A DNA stretch of 64,000 bases from Psilocybe cubensis (lineage: Eukaryota), in the NCBI GenBank assembly GCA_017499595.2, contig CM038998.1:806001-870000 (forward strand), read 5' to 3'. The first letter of the stretch is position 1, and each line of letters begins with the position of its first letter. Shown here one piece after another: positions 26,187 through 39,143 of this stretch. The translations under genes and the position numbers were made by a program. The notes under the pieces were generated by a model. The model worked only from the letters and a program-made list of their open reading frames with translations, did no database searches and was not told the DNA's origin.

Positions 26187-29100
26187 CTATCCATCGTCCT
26201 CCTCCTCCTCTATTCCCCTCCTGATTAAGTTTTCCTTGTACGGTCGTATTCGTTTCGTCTTCGCAATATATTTGAGTAACGCTTTGACGTTGTCACTTTT
26301 TGTCGTGAGCTCTTCTAAGTTGGTGCATTTCTTTCCGATCTCATTCCACATGTCTTGTCTAAGGTGCTTGTATCTTCTACATTCGAACAGGTAGTGTTCC
26401 ACAGTCTCGGTCGCTCTCTGGTCTCCTCGTCTTTCTGCACAACACGGGCAGTGTTTATCTTGCTTGCCGTTGATTTTGCTGAGGTGAGCGTTCAGCGGAA
26501 TGTGTCCTGATCGTATTTGAATGATGACGCTGGCCTGGGTCCGGTTGAGCCTCTTCAAGGCTTTCCTGAACCTGTTGAAAGGGAATTCAGTGTCAATCGT
26601 TTCGAATTTTACACGTCTCTTCGATTCATTCCAGCGATTTCGCCATATCGTCATCAATTCTTCGTGGTACGCCTGTTTCTCCGCTGAGGCGCTCTTCTTC
26701 AGTTCATTTTTCAGCGCTTCTGGTAATTCATCGTGTGGAGAGTTGTCTCCTTCCGCCGCGCGCTTCGCTTCTTCATCAGCCCTTTCATTGCCTAAGACAT
26801 CGGAGTGCCCGGATATCCAGTGCAGTGTAATGTCTCCCTGTAGGTGCCGAAATGCTGCGTCAATCTGCCTCATAATGTGCTGACCAGACTTAGCTTTGGG
26901 CCATTCTAGGTTCCTTAGGAGCGACTGGTTGTCGCTGAATACGTCGATCTTGTACCCATTAGTTGGCTCTTCGTTGGCAATGAGTTTGGAGGCCAGGAGG
27001 CCTCCGACTGCTTCCGCTTCGTATGTGTTGTGTTTGTCCTTTGTTCCCAGGTGCTTACGCAGGACTTTGCTATGCCGGTCTTGTCTGGTCCTGAGCAGGA
27101 TCGCTGCTGCTCCGGTGCCTAGTCCGTGGCTGGATCCGTCGGTGTACACTCTGAGGTCCGCTTTGCTTTTCTTTTCGTATTTCATTGACTCTTCTCGGGT
27201 TTGGGCAATGACAATCTTGAAAGGCGGGCGGTAGCTTGATGGGTGCAGTGAGGGCTCAATCGTTTCTATTGTACTCGGCTTCAATTCAAATATTCGTATG
27301 AGGTTGTCAATTGGGGTCTTGTGTCTTCTCGCTGGTTGTGCTTCAGCCCTCGAAATCACTCGGTGCAGGGGGTGTGTGGGTGGCAGGGTTGCCATACGTA
27401 CCATTGCTCTGTGACAGGCTTTTAGCAATGCTAGCTCCAGGGGAAGGACGCCCGCATGGGCGTCCAGCAACTCAGTGGGCGTTGACCTCATGGCACCCGT
27501 GATTGTTAGTGTTGCCCTTTTTTGTATGGACATCATCCTTTTAAGCGCTGCTACCGATCCTACATTGTTGCGGCGGCCTATTGGTTTTGTTGGTGGGGTA
27601 TACCACACGTCAATCCCATAGGTGAGTCATGGTAGGACTGTTGTGATGTACAGCTGACGGAGTAAGTAGGGGTGGATCCCTGTTGTTGGTTTTGCGAGGC
27701 GTCGAAAGTTTGCTACGCAAGCTGCGGCCCTTTCTGTGGCGTATTGTAGGTGTGTTTTCCATCGCAATTGACAGTCTAGGCGGAAGCCTAGACATTTGAA
27801 GTCGCGGACCTGTGGTACTAGTTCGCCGTTAACTTCTAGTCGTGGGTGATCGAGGAAGTCGGGATTCCTTGGGTCGAGGTGCATTACTGCTTGTTTGGCC
27901 GGGGCAAAACTGGAATTGTGGCTGTTGCTCCATGTGAGAGCTCCATCCTCTTTGTTGTAGTAGGATACTTAGCTTGTCAGTTGTCTCATCCGTGTCTTTC
28001 CCAATGGCCATTAGAGTAACATCGTCTACGTATCCGATAGCGTCCTCCCCTTCATTGTGGTTGACTATTTCGAGTAGTTCGGCATTGTAGATGATGTACA
28101 ATATCATGGACAGGGGGTCGCCCTGTCCAATTCCATTGTCAATCTTCATAAGTGCTGAGACGAAGTCGTCGAACTTGAGTCTTGTTTTTCTATCCTTCAG
28201 TAGCTCTCGAATGAATTCTACGTAGACGCGTGGTATTCTTCTCTTCTTGAGGTTGTGTAAAAGCCGATCCGTTACCGCGTTGGGGAAGGCGCCTTCGACG
28301 TCGAGGAAGAGGAGGGATGCCACCTTACCTTTCCTCCACGCTGCTTTAACTTTATTGACCATGTAGTGCATCGCGTCTGAGGTTGTTCGGCCAGGTCGGC
28401 CTCCAAAGTGCGTGTTGGGGAGGAGTTGGTGTGCTTCCACTAAGTGGCTGATCCTCTCGGCAACTATGGCTGTCAGTACCTTCGGCATAGTGTTGAGTAG
28501 GGCGATCGGGCGGTATGCTTTTGCTGACTTGTAGTTGGGCTTGCCGGGTTTTTTCAGTACGACCGTGATAGAGTGTTTCCACTCCTCTGGGTAGTGGCCT
28601 GTCTTCAGGATTGCGTTGTAGATTGAATGCAGCCGGTTCGTTATCAGCGGTGCCGTCTTTTGCAAAACAACGTTGGGGATCTCGTCGATGCCGCAGGCTT
28701 TGTAGGGTGTAAGCCGACTTATTTGGCGCAGAATTTGCTTGCGCGTTATGTGACCGCTATCCGAGATTGCTTCCGGGTAGGTGAAGTTCTGTGGGACAGA
28801 AGAAGAGTCTGGTTTTTTTGGGAAGAATGAGTGAGCAAAAATCTTAGCTTTTTCCTCATTTTCGGTTACGTCCTCTTGCTCATCGTACTCGTTTGTGACT
28901 GTTAGTGATGGGATTCTGGGTCTACCTCCATCGCCTACAGGGTTTTTGAAGTACCGGTTCGCCATCCAGATGTCTGCGCCCTCCGCGTCGAGTAACCATT
29001 CACTCCAATGATTGCGTTTTGTGTCCACCACGAGCCTAGCAAAGGCTCGCTTTGCTGCCTTGAATTCGTTATGACATGGGTGCCAGGGCTGCGTTCGGAA

Positions 29101-30144
29101 TTTGTTATGGAGGCTGCTCATCTTGTTTTTGTACCTCTTTGCTTCCTCGACTTCGCTCGTCCACCATCGCTTTGATTCCGGTAATGGTTTTCGCAGCTTG
29201 ATCACTTCTTTTATTGTGTCTTGGATTGCATGTGTCAGAGCGGCCACTTCTTTGTCAATCTTCTCCGCCGTGAAGAGTGTGATTGGTGTGGTGTCGTCCC
29301 CCAGTTTCGTCTCCAGTGTCTTGTTGAATTTGGTCCAGTTGGCAGTGCGAAAGTTTTTCTCGAGTACATCGTTAGCCTTCTTGTGGCTAGCGTCGATTTC
29401 CGTGATTATTGGATAGTGATCAGTGTTTGCCGGTCGGTTGTCGTAGTCGACGTCGCATCTTGTCACGTATTTGGCGAGAGTCTCTGAAATAAACACGTTA
29501 TCAGGTCTTGACATTCTTTTTGTTACCATGTGTTCCAGGGTTGGTAGGCCTTTTGGCAGGGCCATGGTCAGCCCGTTTGCCTCGACAAGCTCGATTAGTC
29601 GCTCCGCTTCTGTTATTGCCTGTGGAGTGAATAATCTATCATCTTCGTCCCTGTCCCACATGGGGTGGTGATGGTTGAAGTCTCCAGCCCACAGTTGATG
29701 GGTGTTAGGTGAGTTCAATTCCTGATGGTGATCTTCCAGGTACTGCTGAAGTACGTTGAGTGTTACGCCGACTCGTCCTGGGTGGTACACGTTGAAGATG
29801 TACAGGGTTCCTCTGGCGCACTGGAGCTTGATTGCGGTGATGTCGTTCGATGTCGGGAATGCTACCTCGCTCCATCGACTTGTATCGAGTCTCTTGTTTA
29901 CCCAGATACCCGATCGAGTAGTTGCCGCGTTTGCTCTGCTGACTGGGTAGATTGGTCGGAAGTGGGCGCCGGTTCTAATGTTGCCGAATTTTGTTATGTA
30001 TGGTTCTTGTATGAGCACGATGTCGTATTCTTTCCCCAGTTCGCTGTTTAAGAGCTCGAGGTGAGCCACTTCCGATTTGTTTAGGTTTATCTGCAAAATA
30101 CAAATTCGGTGGAGATACTGCTCGTTTATAGGGCGGGTACTCAT
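26187..30144 (-). pseudogene. LINE ORF2 (AP endonuclease, reverse transcriptase, RNase H, CCHC), disrupted
   Basis: Motifs QINLNKS, IQEP, GDFNHHHPMW, TDHYPI; YRPIALL, QGDPLS, YVDD; YTDGS, WISGHSDVLGNERADEEAK. Frameshift near 27950-27975 and in-frame TGA at 27627-29. Confidence 0.92.
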
Positions 30145-30147
30145 CTT

Positions 30148-31776
30148 TTAGTCGTCTGTGTTTCTTGCCGTTGGCCTCTTTTCTCCTTTGTTGCTGCTCG
30201 TTTGTTGGGTGGGTTTGGGTTCCGGGCTCTGCTCGGGCGTCTGGATCGGTGTGCGTTGCACGTTCGTTGCGGGTTCAACTGTCCACCTGGGTGATTGTCC
30301 TTGCGCGAACGCTTTGTTTTTGAAGGTTGTCGGCGCTGAGTTAGTGTCTACGCTCCAGGTCCATGGTTCGTCCGTGGGGATGAAGGGGAGCCTGTTTTCT
30401 GGGGTGCGTTCATTCTTCTCAAGCACCTTCTTCAGGAATACCGGGCAGTTTCTGTCGTAACTGGGGTGGTCGTCGACGTCGCAGGATACGCAGTGTGTTG
30501 TGGTCTCTTCACAGTTTGGTGTGCAATGTCCTTTCTTTCCGCAGTGGCCGCAGATATCTTGCTTGGATGTACATTCCTTCGCGAAGTGGTTGTATCCCTG
30601 GCACTTGAGGCACCTGATGGGATCGTTTCGGCACTTCTGCACTCTTACCCATTTGTTCGCTATGTACATTCCAATTGCGATTAGTCTGTTAGCCTCGCTT
30701 GCGTCGTTTACCGTGAAGATGATGTGGGCACTCTGCTGGCCTTCGGCTCGTCTCGAAATCTTCTTCGCCCATCGCATGGCCACTATCGTTCCCTCCTCCA
30801 CTCTGTTGGTTTCCTCCACTTCCCTCAGGAAATCAGCGTCGTCTGGTTCGGCGGTGAGGGGGACCCCCATCGCTATGAGCTCGTACGTGCGTTTTTTGGT
30901 GGTGACGTCTTCACCGATTTCCTTGCAGAGGTTACGACGGTTCTCCTCCACCCTCATCCACGCCGCTCCGAAGTCTGCGTCAAACTCAATCAACAGTCCT
31001 CCGTTCCTCTGCTTGATTGCGGATCGGATCCGAACTGACCCTTCCGGCTCGAGTTTCAGCAGGATTTTGTTTATCAGGTCCTTAGCCTCCTTGTCGCCCA
31101 TCGTGCTGATTTTCGCGTCCTTGTCAATCCCTTCCAACATCGTCTGCCTTGCACGGATGCCATGACGTGCGAGTACTCTGGGGTTGGTCGCGACGTTTGA
31201 TTGGACTAGGATCTGGCTAACCGTAGATAGCCCTTTTGTGAGAGCCTGACTGTAGGACGTACCTGTGGCTGGTGCTTGATGCACCGGTTTGCTCGCGGCC
31301 GATTTGATAAGATCGGCAGTGGCCTTGTTGATTTCTTCGAGTTTTTGATCTACCTGGTCCTGCGCGTGTTGTACGAGAGCCTTTATTTCGTTCGTAAAGG
31401 TTGCAAGCTCCTCGCCGAATCCGTCGTGGTAGGTTTGGGTCGCCAATGGTATCTCCATCTCCTCGAGCATAAAAGCCAGGCCTCGCATGGCCTGTATTAC
31501 TACTGGTGGGATTTTTGCCGACATTTGCGAGATCTGAAACAGACATGCGGCGGCCCGATGTGCCGTCAGTCCCGCGCCAGCTGGCACCAGGAGCTGGTGC
31601 TCCTCGAGCATTGCTCTCCCTCCTTTCGCGTCTTGGACTTGCTGGAGTTCCTCGTTGATTACGGTGCCTTTACTTCTCGAGCTTCGGTCGGCGCTGGGAG
31701 GGTCGCTTTGACTCGGGGTAGCCGTGTTTCCCATGCCCGTCTTTTTGACACGCGCGGTGCCGGAATTGACGTTCAT
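30148..31776 (-). CDS. LINE ORF1, gag-like nucleic-acid-binding protein
   Basis: 542 aa; three zinc knuckles CLKCQGYNHFAKEC, CGHCGKKGHCTPNC, CVSCDVDDHPSYDRNC. Confidence 0.92.
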   Translation of the reverse strand: MNVNSGTARVKKTGMGNTATPSQSDPPSADRSSRSKGTVINEELQQVQDAKGGRAMLEEHQLLVPAGAGLTAHRAAACLFQISQMSAKIPPVVIQAMRGLAFMLEEMEIPLATQTYHDGFGEELATFTNEIKALVQHAQDQVDQKLEEINKATADLIKSAASKPVHQAPATGTSYSQALTKGLSTVSQILVQSNVATNPRVLARHGIRARQTMLEGIDKDAKISTMGDKEAKDLINKILLKLEPEGSVRIRSAIKQRNGGLLIEFDADFGAAWMRVEENRRNLCKEIGEDVTTKKRTYELIAMGVPLTAEPDDADFLREVEETNRVEEGTIVAMRWAKKISRRAEGQQSAHIIFTVNDASEANRLIAIGMYIANKWVRVQKCRNDPIRCLKCQGYNHFAKECTSKQDICGHCGKKGHCTPNCEETTTHCVSCDVDDHPSYDRNCPVFLKKVLEKNERTPENRLPFIPTDEPWTWSVDTNSAPTTFKNKAFAQGQSPRWTVEPATNVQRTPIQTPEQSPEPKPTQQTSSNKGEKRPTARNTDD

Positions 31777-32729
31777 ATGATAGTTTTAATGTGCGTGGGT
31801 GTTTTTGGGTTTGAGATAGCAGTGGGGGGTATTTTAGGTACGTTTTTGTGTGTTTTTTTTACTCTACTCGACTGCTAATACGCCTGGCAGACCAGTCCCT
31901 TGCGCTCTAGGTGCGTGGGAAATGTGCTGGAGGTGGTAGTTGCGGATCAAGGAGCCAAGCAATCATGGCTTACACGAGCACTACAGTCTATCTCAACGAC
32001 ACCGCGGCACTTATTGCGGTGGATGTAAAAGGCTGTTCAATTCGGCGAGTAATTTTGATTCACATATTCGATCATCTACTCATACACCTAAGTATGTGTT
32101 GTGTCCTGCCAAGTGCGGACGCGGGTTTGTATCGCACTCGGCGCTCGTCCTCCACTTTGAAAATGGTAAATGCCGTCCGGAGGTAGGTACTATCGACATT
32201 CGGAGAATCGACAATTTTATGCGGAGGAACAACACGCACCACATGATGACCGACCTGGCTACGATCCCCGACGCACCTACCGGCAATGAAAATTTGGTCC
32301 CTTTGGGACATTTCATTGTCCAAAGGCATGGGAGCAGGTATGCGTACCAATGCACCGTGTGCAGGAAACGCTTCAGAGTTTTGGCTTCGTTAAACCAACA
32401 CCTTCACGGAGCACGGCATGGCAAAGAGAAAATATACATATGCCGAGGATACCGTTGTGATATACAGTTTGCCACGCTCGGCGGACTCGCACAGCATGTA
32501 GAAAGTGGAAAGTGAAACGCATCTCAAGCTTCGGATGTACTTGAGGTATTGGATAGGTTGCTGAAGGAGATGGTACAGGAACTTATATGAGATGCAGCCT
32601 TTGGAGGAGTTCACTCCTGTCAGTGGTATTTATTTACCACTGGCATACCAAAAGCAATGCTGAGATATAGATATCTTAAGAAGACACCATGCTGATTAAT
32701 CAACAATAACAACCATAAAATATGAATGC

Positions 32730-32943
32730 TAGAGGTGCTCACGGGTAGTACTATATGAAATTAATAGGAGGAACCAAGAGGGAAGAGATAGCAGATTTGA
32801 AAGAGCCAGAGGTGTCATCCTAAACAGTCTCGGATAGGCTGGGCTTTGAAGGGGGACGTGAGGGCCCTCTGTAGCGCAAGGACGAGCCGATGAAGGTACA
32901 ATCACGCTCATAGGGAGCGAGTAGATAAACAAAAAAAAAAAAA
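32730..32943 (+). mobile_element. 5'-truncated 3' end of a second, diverged LINE (5' limit approximate)
   Basis: Ends in A13 (32931-43); 32812-32895 aligns with the 3' UTR of the full LINE. No TSD found. Confidence 0.7.
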
Positions 32944-33394
32944 CTACCAGAATCAGTCTATGTAATCCAATTTCTGCACCATTTTTTTAATTACAAACCT
33001 TGACCCGTGTTCTGAAATTTTTTTTGACTGTTTCAGAACAAGTTTGTATGGCTGAGGCCAATTCTTCAATGACAAATTGACTGTTGACCTTGAAGCAACC
33101 GACTTGAAGCATCACAACAAAATCATGGGAACACGCCAAACAAATAGCCAAACATGTCTTCACCACGAACCACGCCAGCCGCATGACGTTCGAATCCCAT
33201 ACGGGCTTGGAGCCCAAACAGTCCTCAGCGCATCGTCGACGCCTACAGCGGATACGACAGATATTATTATTAGAGCAGTAATGCTTCTATTGTGACAGAA
33301 AAACGGACATATGGTTTCCTGAGACTACTTATATCACCGTGCAACTTCCCAATATCTCACTCACACGAACTCGTTCATCCTTCTGTCTACGAGA

Positions 33395-35313
33395 ATGACT
33401 TCCACTCGCCATATATACGACTCCAAGGCTGAATCCAGCTCCAAGTACGAAGAGGGGGATGCGACAGGGAATGGTGTTTCCAAGACTTCCCGTCGCGTGC
33501 GCAGGTTGTACCAGATTCACGTTGGGCAGCTGTTCGACTCAGTGGGACGCGTCTTGGTGAAGGATCAAGTCGTGACTGTTGATAGAGACAGGGGCATCAT
33601 CATAGACGTCTCTGACGAGCAGTTGAAGGACTGGGAATGGGTTGTTGGGAAGGAGGAGGTCAACGTTTCAGTGGAGCGGATCGACTTGGAGGGCTTGGTG
33701 TTGCTCCCAGGGTTCGTGGATGTCCATGTTCATCGTGAGTACATTCCCTGCGAAACCTCATTATGATTAAAGTTTTTTTGAGTGTTGACAATGTGCTGAT
33801 TTTGTCTTAATTGAATCAAGTCTTTCTTCATCCATATTCGGAGACTTCATGGGATGACCAGGTCACCAAAGAGAGTCTCTCTGAGCGCACTGTGCGTGCG
33901 ACTGTTCACGCTCGAAGGACGCTTCTGGCTGGATACACCACAGTTCGGTGAATTTACTTCCTCTTCGATTCCTTCGATGATGCAATAAATTTACATATTT
34001 AATCTATTTTCTGGGTGTTAGGGATCTCGGCACTGAAGGCGCTCTTGATGCAGATATTGGGCTACGGAAATGTTTGGCTGGGCAGCACCCCATGATACCT
34101 GGACCGCGATACTACTGCGCAACGCGAGCCATTGTCACTACAGGGTCGTATGGTGAGTGACCCATACTTGGCAAATATCCTTCAATCTGATATTCTCTGA
34201 TGTTAAGGCCCTAAGAACACCTTGACACCTTCTCAACAAGGTGTAGACGGCATGCGAGGAGCAGAACCTGCGGACGGTGTTGCCCAATGCATACAAGAAG
34301 TGCGCAAACAAATAGGCGCTGGTGCTGATTGGATCAAGGTAAATTAAGTCTGTATAGGGGTGGAGCCGTCTATTCTGAACTGTACATAGATATACGCTGA
34401 TTACCGGCCCAGAAGTCTCACTGCACCGGTCTCCTTTTCAACCGCGACGCGTTCCATTGCGACGTTCCACGAGGATGAAATGAAAGCCATGATTAACACG
34501 GCGCATGCATTGGGAGTCAAGGTCGCCGCCCACGCGAGTACTTTCGGTGCAATCAAAAATGCAGTTGCCCTAGGTGTCAATAGTATTGAGCATGGTGGTC
34601 AAATCTGCCTGGGTGAAGAAGAGGACGAAGAGGAACTGGAGAATGGCACTGGCGTAACCGAGCTTCTCGAAGAGCTCGTAAAACCAGGAGGAAATACGTT
34701 CTTCGTCCCAACGGTTGCCGTGTACTACACCATCCAGCAAAGCGGGACTGTGTATGGCAACCAGCAATGGGAAATGGCGAAAAGAACCTTTGAGGCGGCC
34801 CTCAGTGTTGACTCGTCACAATTTGACACATCCAACGCCACTTATTTGGATGGCGAAAAACCCGATTTGAACATCGCATGTGGTGGAGACACAGCTGTGT
34901 TTCCTCATGGCCAAAATGCACTAGAAATGTCACTGATGCGTAAATTGGGGGCAAGTTGGGAGAGGGTTCTTGGATGGGGGACGTACAGTGGCTGGAAATG
35001 CGTTCGCGGAATGGAGTGGGAGGGTGTCAAAGGAAAGAAGAAACTTGAGCGCCTTCAAGCTCGAGAAAAGAATAGGAAATTCAATCTGAGTGGTGGCGAC
35101 GAGAAAGGTGGAGGTAAAGAAGACTTAGATTTGGATCGTGGAGTGCCATTTGGCGCTATTCGAGTCGGCTGGGCTGCAGATCTCATTGGAATACAGGGGA
35201 AACTCGATGGAACACCTGAAGATTTTGAGGAAGCTGTCATGCGAGGCGTTCAATTTGTGATGAAAGGGGGCGTTATATACAAGAAAGATGGGAAGGAGGT
35301 TCTTCAAATCTGA
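33395..35313 (+). CDS. Metal-dependent amidohydrolase (Xaa-Pro dipeptidase/M38-like), multi-exon
   Basis: LLPGFVDVHVH metal motif, LLAGYTTVRDLG, GADWIK, KVAAHA, SIEHG, ACGGD, GAIRVGWAADL, FVMKGG; four GT-AG introns. Confidence 0.9.
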
Positions 35314-35647
35314 TGTACAACGTCAATGCGGATTCTCGTGGTTTGTGAGTTCAATATGTGAAAAGCATCTCAAATCTCAGATAAAATTATGTTTTTCCAG
35401 CACAAATAACATACTGTGCCACTCGCGTGCATTACAAGTTGTCTAGAGCCCTGATGCATCAACTTCAAAACTACCATTTTAACCTGCCTCTTTTCAAGCC
35501 AGCATCGACCAGGAGCCCAATTTGGTATACCTATTTCTTTTCTTGACTGAATCTAGACCCAGCTGAGCACGGACCACAATCAAAACTAGCAAACTTCTTT
35601 TTTACAACTATTCAACTTTCACCAGAATCCCACAACCGTACCGTACC

Positions 35648-37743
35648 ATGGAGGATATTTTTCTCAAGGATTGCACTGCAACGTTTAAGCTGGCTCCGAG
35701 TTATGGATGCGACGGACGATTGTATCATCTCAGTGGAAGGGCAAACCATCCCCAGCACGGAGAAATAGCTTTTATCGTTGGATATGCAATCAAAAACCGT
35801 CAACATTGGTTGGATTACGGTGACTTCATGCAAATTATGGAGGGGGAAAACTCAGATTTGCGGAAGCTGACTCACGACGTTTTTAACAACTCCCTGGAGC
35901 TGTATCCTTGGCTTTACGACGGCACTCGCAGAAGTGGCACGGGCGTCTGGGGCGAAGAATTGAACCGAGGAAACATTCTTCTCATTGAAATTATTCGAGT
36001 GGATGAAAAGGTAAGTCCGAGTCCCTGTTCTTTCCGTACTTGTAGCTTTACATTACCGAATTTGTTCGCAGTTTATCCGCAAAGGGGTCGGGTCATGGCT
36101 GCTAAAGAAATTCTTGAATTCCCCACATTGCACGTCTGCGCAAATCAATCGTCAAAAACCTCAGAAATTTGACGAAGATCCACTTGTGCGTCAGATGCAA
36201 GAGGCCATTCAACGATATCCTGTTTTTGCCCGTCCCCAAAGGCCGGTTCCGCATGCGCATATATTTTGCCTTCCTGGAACCATTGGTAGAAAATTTGTAA
36301 CAGAAGACGACATCATTGCATTTTTCCGAAAGGTATAGTCATTATTGTTACATATATGCGCGAAAATCTGGTTATTGAACCGTCATTTGTGATGATTATG
36401 ATGATTAGAATGGATTCCGACGGGTCGGGCGTACTCAGTTTTTATGCTATTCAAGCGACCCGGACCATCCCTCCCACAATCTTGCTCTGGCGGAAGACCC
36501 TTTATATCTTGCCCAAGAATTTCCTGAGGAACCTGCACCAGATACAGTCGATCTACACGCCACAATTGCCAAAAAGGATCTGCCTAACATCGCAGATGCT
36601 ATCCGGAAGCAACACTCGATCGATCCCACAAGCATTCACCAAAAGAATATTGTGGGCTTCACACCCACTCACGTTGCAGCCCTTTCACGGAACCGAAACG
36701 CATTGGAGGCTCTTCTTGAGCTCGGCGTACAAGATGATCTCAAACTCACGGACAATAAGCTGGGTGCGACACCATTGGAGGCTCTGGAAGAAAGCATGTG
36801 TTTATATCGCGCAACGAAGGAACACGTCTGGAATACTTGGAAAGGGTATCCGTCTGCAGATTTGAGGTGTCAGTTTCTCCTCAAGAAGGCGTTAAATATG
36901 CCATTTTCGGCTGCTACAGAGGAAGAATACTCCGCGAAGTATCGGTTGGGTTGTACTTGTGGGCAGTGCTCTCAAGGCTGGCTTTCGCGCAGAATGAGAT
37001 ATCGTCTTGCAGGTGACGTTTCTTTCCTCCAGTTACCAATTCTCGTATCTTTACCTAACAATGCTTAAAATATGATAGTCACGGCCAATGATTTGTACGA
37101 CACACCGCACGAGCTTTTTGAGATGGGGTGTGCGTCCGCCAAAGAATCCGGAAAACCCTTTAACCTTCAAGATTTCTCGTTCTCTACCGATCTTGCGCAT
37201 ATTCCACCTGTCATGCACTCAAAGATGGACGAAGAATTCTGTCGCCTTTGGCTCAAATTGTTTCAGACGATTTACGTGCAGCTCAAAAAGACTGACGGTA
37301 TGATGATACCAACTCCAGCGCAACTGTCACAGTTTCCCATCGCGCGTGCTCTCATCGGCAAAGGTGCAAAGGTGGAATATGCGCTCGACCTCTTGACGAA
37401 TACGGCCAGGGATCAATCACCCTTTGGAGATGGGACCTTCGACGAGATGGGCTTGGAAGACTACGATAAGCTCCCTCGTTGTGATAATGACCTGGCATTT
37501 GGTTTCGTTCGGGAAAAGCTAGGACTTGACCCTCGATTACAATGGGGGCCATATTCATCTATCGCATCCTGTATGGGCGGTTCGTATCTAGAGAATCTGG
37601 GCCTTGACGCAGAACGAGCAGAATGTTTTGAGAGGTTGTTAAACATGGGCGACAAGGACACGTTGGGTGACGATGAGGATGAGGACGATGAGGATGAAGA
37701 CGATGAGATGGAGGAAGATGACGATGATGATGATGATGAGTGA
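35648..37743 (+). CDS. Hypothetical protein with ankyrin repeats and acidic tail, multi-exon
   Basis: GFTPTHVAALSRN...LLELG...LGATPLEAL ankyrin pattern; upstream GNAT-like segment (ILLIEIIRVDEK...IAFFRK); GCTCGQC motif; D/E tail. Confidence 0.7.
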
Positions 37744-38558
37744 AAATGAATGTGCAGTCTCTGGCCTCTGGTTCTGACCTTTGTGGCTGAAGATGGCAAT
37801 CATTTCGGACTTGCGCTCGTAAAACGCCCTTTGTTAAATTGAAATGACGATGTAAAATTGAAATGACGATTTGCTAAATTCAACGCCAGCCTCATCCACT
37901 AACTTTCGATCAGATAGGTGTCCTCTTTCATTTTATGTGCTTTGAAACGTCACATGGGATTGGCAAACCAGTGAGTGAGTAAGCGCCCCATCAATCACTT
38001 GACGATTATTATTATTGGATTTGTGGATCATCTTGTTCGCTTCCATGCTTTTATACATTCATGAATGGAATAGACGCATAAACCGGCATATGTCGAGTCT
38101 GTAGGTGGCGCATTGGAGCCTTGCAGTGGCTATCAACACAAGTGAGGCTTCTAGGACGAGTCATAATAGCATAGCCTCCATCTCAAGAGCATCTGCCGAG
38201 CACATAACTTGAACAATTCTTCTGTGAAATGTATAACATTGCAGTCTAAACCCGATGTCATAGGGTTTTATTTCACCCAAAACACAAAAACGTACATATA
38301 GTTACCGTAAAAGGTTACACATATGTCAAACTAAAACGGCGTCAAGAGATACCTACCAGCGGGGTAAGTGAGAACCAGTCTGTTAATAATCATAATATTG
38401 GGGCTCGTGAATCGACACATCCAGACTAGCTCTACTTATGCACCGCCAAGTTCCGGTATAGTGATTGAACTCCTGGTGCGTCGATGGATATTGGCTGGCG
38501 CCCACAATTCAATGGTGGGTCAGTATTGATAGATTTCATCCTGTATACATGATATAAC

Positions 38559-38574
38559 GATTATTATCATGGAG
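38559..38574 (+). promoter_or_regulatory. Upstream motif shared by both secreted-protein paralogs (copy 1)
   Basis: GATTATTATCATGGAG identical at 41699-41714; both lie upstream of GGAAG..(C/T)ATAAAAG TATA-like boxes. Confidence 0.5.
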
Positions 38575-38699
38575 CAAAACATGAGGCTCTGGAACTCAGG
38601 AAGCACATAAAAGCTGTCGTCTGCTGCAATACTTCTCCAGCATCCTCAAGGACATCAGCTCTAAGACGCATACCAACCCAACAATCAGCTACTATAACC

Positions 38700-39143
38700 A
38701 TGAAGTTCACTTTCGCCCTCGCTGCCATCGCCCTCGCTGCCAACGCGATCGCTCCTGCACTTGCTCTTCCTGAGCCTGCACCAGCCGCCGCTGCCCCCAC
38801 AGTCTACAGCGGGGAAGCTGCACGAAGCCTCGAGAGGCGCACCAATAGTGGCACGGTCAGAGTCGACGGTCTCAGGTACCGCAGATGCCCAAAGACCTCC
38901 TGCGACGCTGTGGGCCAATACTCGATTGGAACCCACATCACTATCGTCTGCTACACAAGGGATGGTACCACTGTCGTCAACGGAGACGCGTAAGTGACTT
39001 TGATGAATTTGTTGGCGATCCATTCAGCTGACTGATTCTCGTTGATTACTAGTGGCTGGGCCAAGCTCACCAACGGATACTGGGTCGCCCTCGCCAATGG
39101 AGAATATGTTTCCTGGTCCGGTTCTATCCCCTACTGCACCTGA
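38700..39143 (+). CDS. Small secreted pre-pro-protein with SH3b-like mature domain, paralog 1
   Basis: Signal peptide MKFTFALAAIALAA, pro-region ending LERR, intron 38990-39052, mature TVRVDGLRYRRCPKTSCDAVGQY...WAKLTNGYWVA...PYCT with 4 Cys. Confidence 0.88.

Larger units (their letters stand above)
25922..31959 (-). mobile_element. Full-length non-LTR retrotransposon (Tad1-like LINE), ~6.0 kb
   Basis: Poly-T at 25920-25941 (poly-A tail); TSD CAATCATGGCT(T) at 25910 and 31960; gag-like ORF1 plus APE-RT-RNaseH ORF2. Confidence 0.95.
25728..32590 (+). pseudogene. C2H2 zinc-finger gene interrupted by a LINE
   Basis: Removing the LINE joins ...CAICDIIYKDNHG to LHEHYSLSQRH...CGGCKRLF...CTVCRKRFRVLASLNQHLHGARH in frame. 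TGA at 32513 is followed by an open tail to 32590, possibly a mutated Cys codon. Confidence 0.88.
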
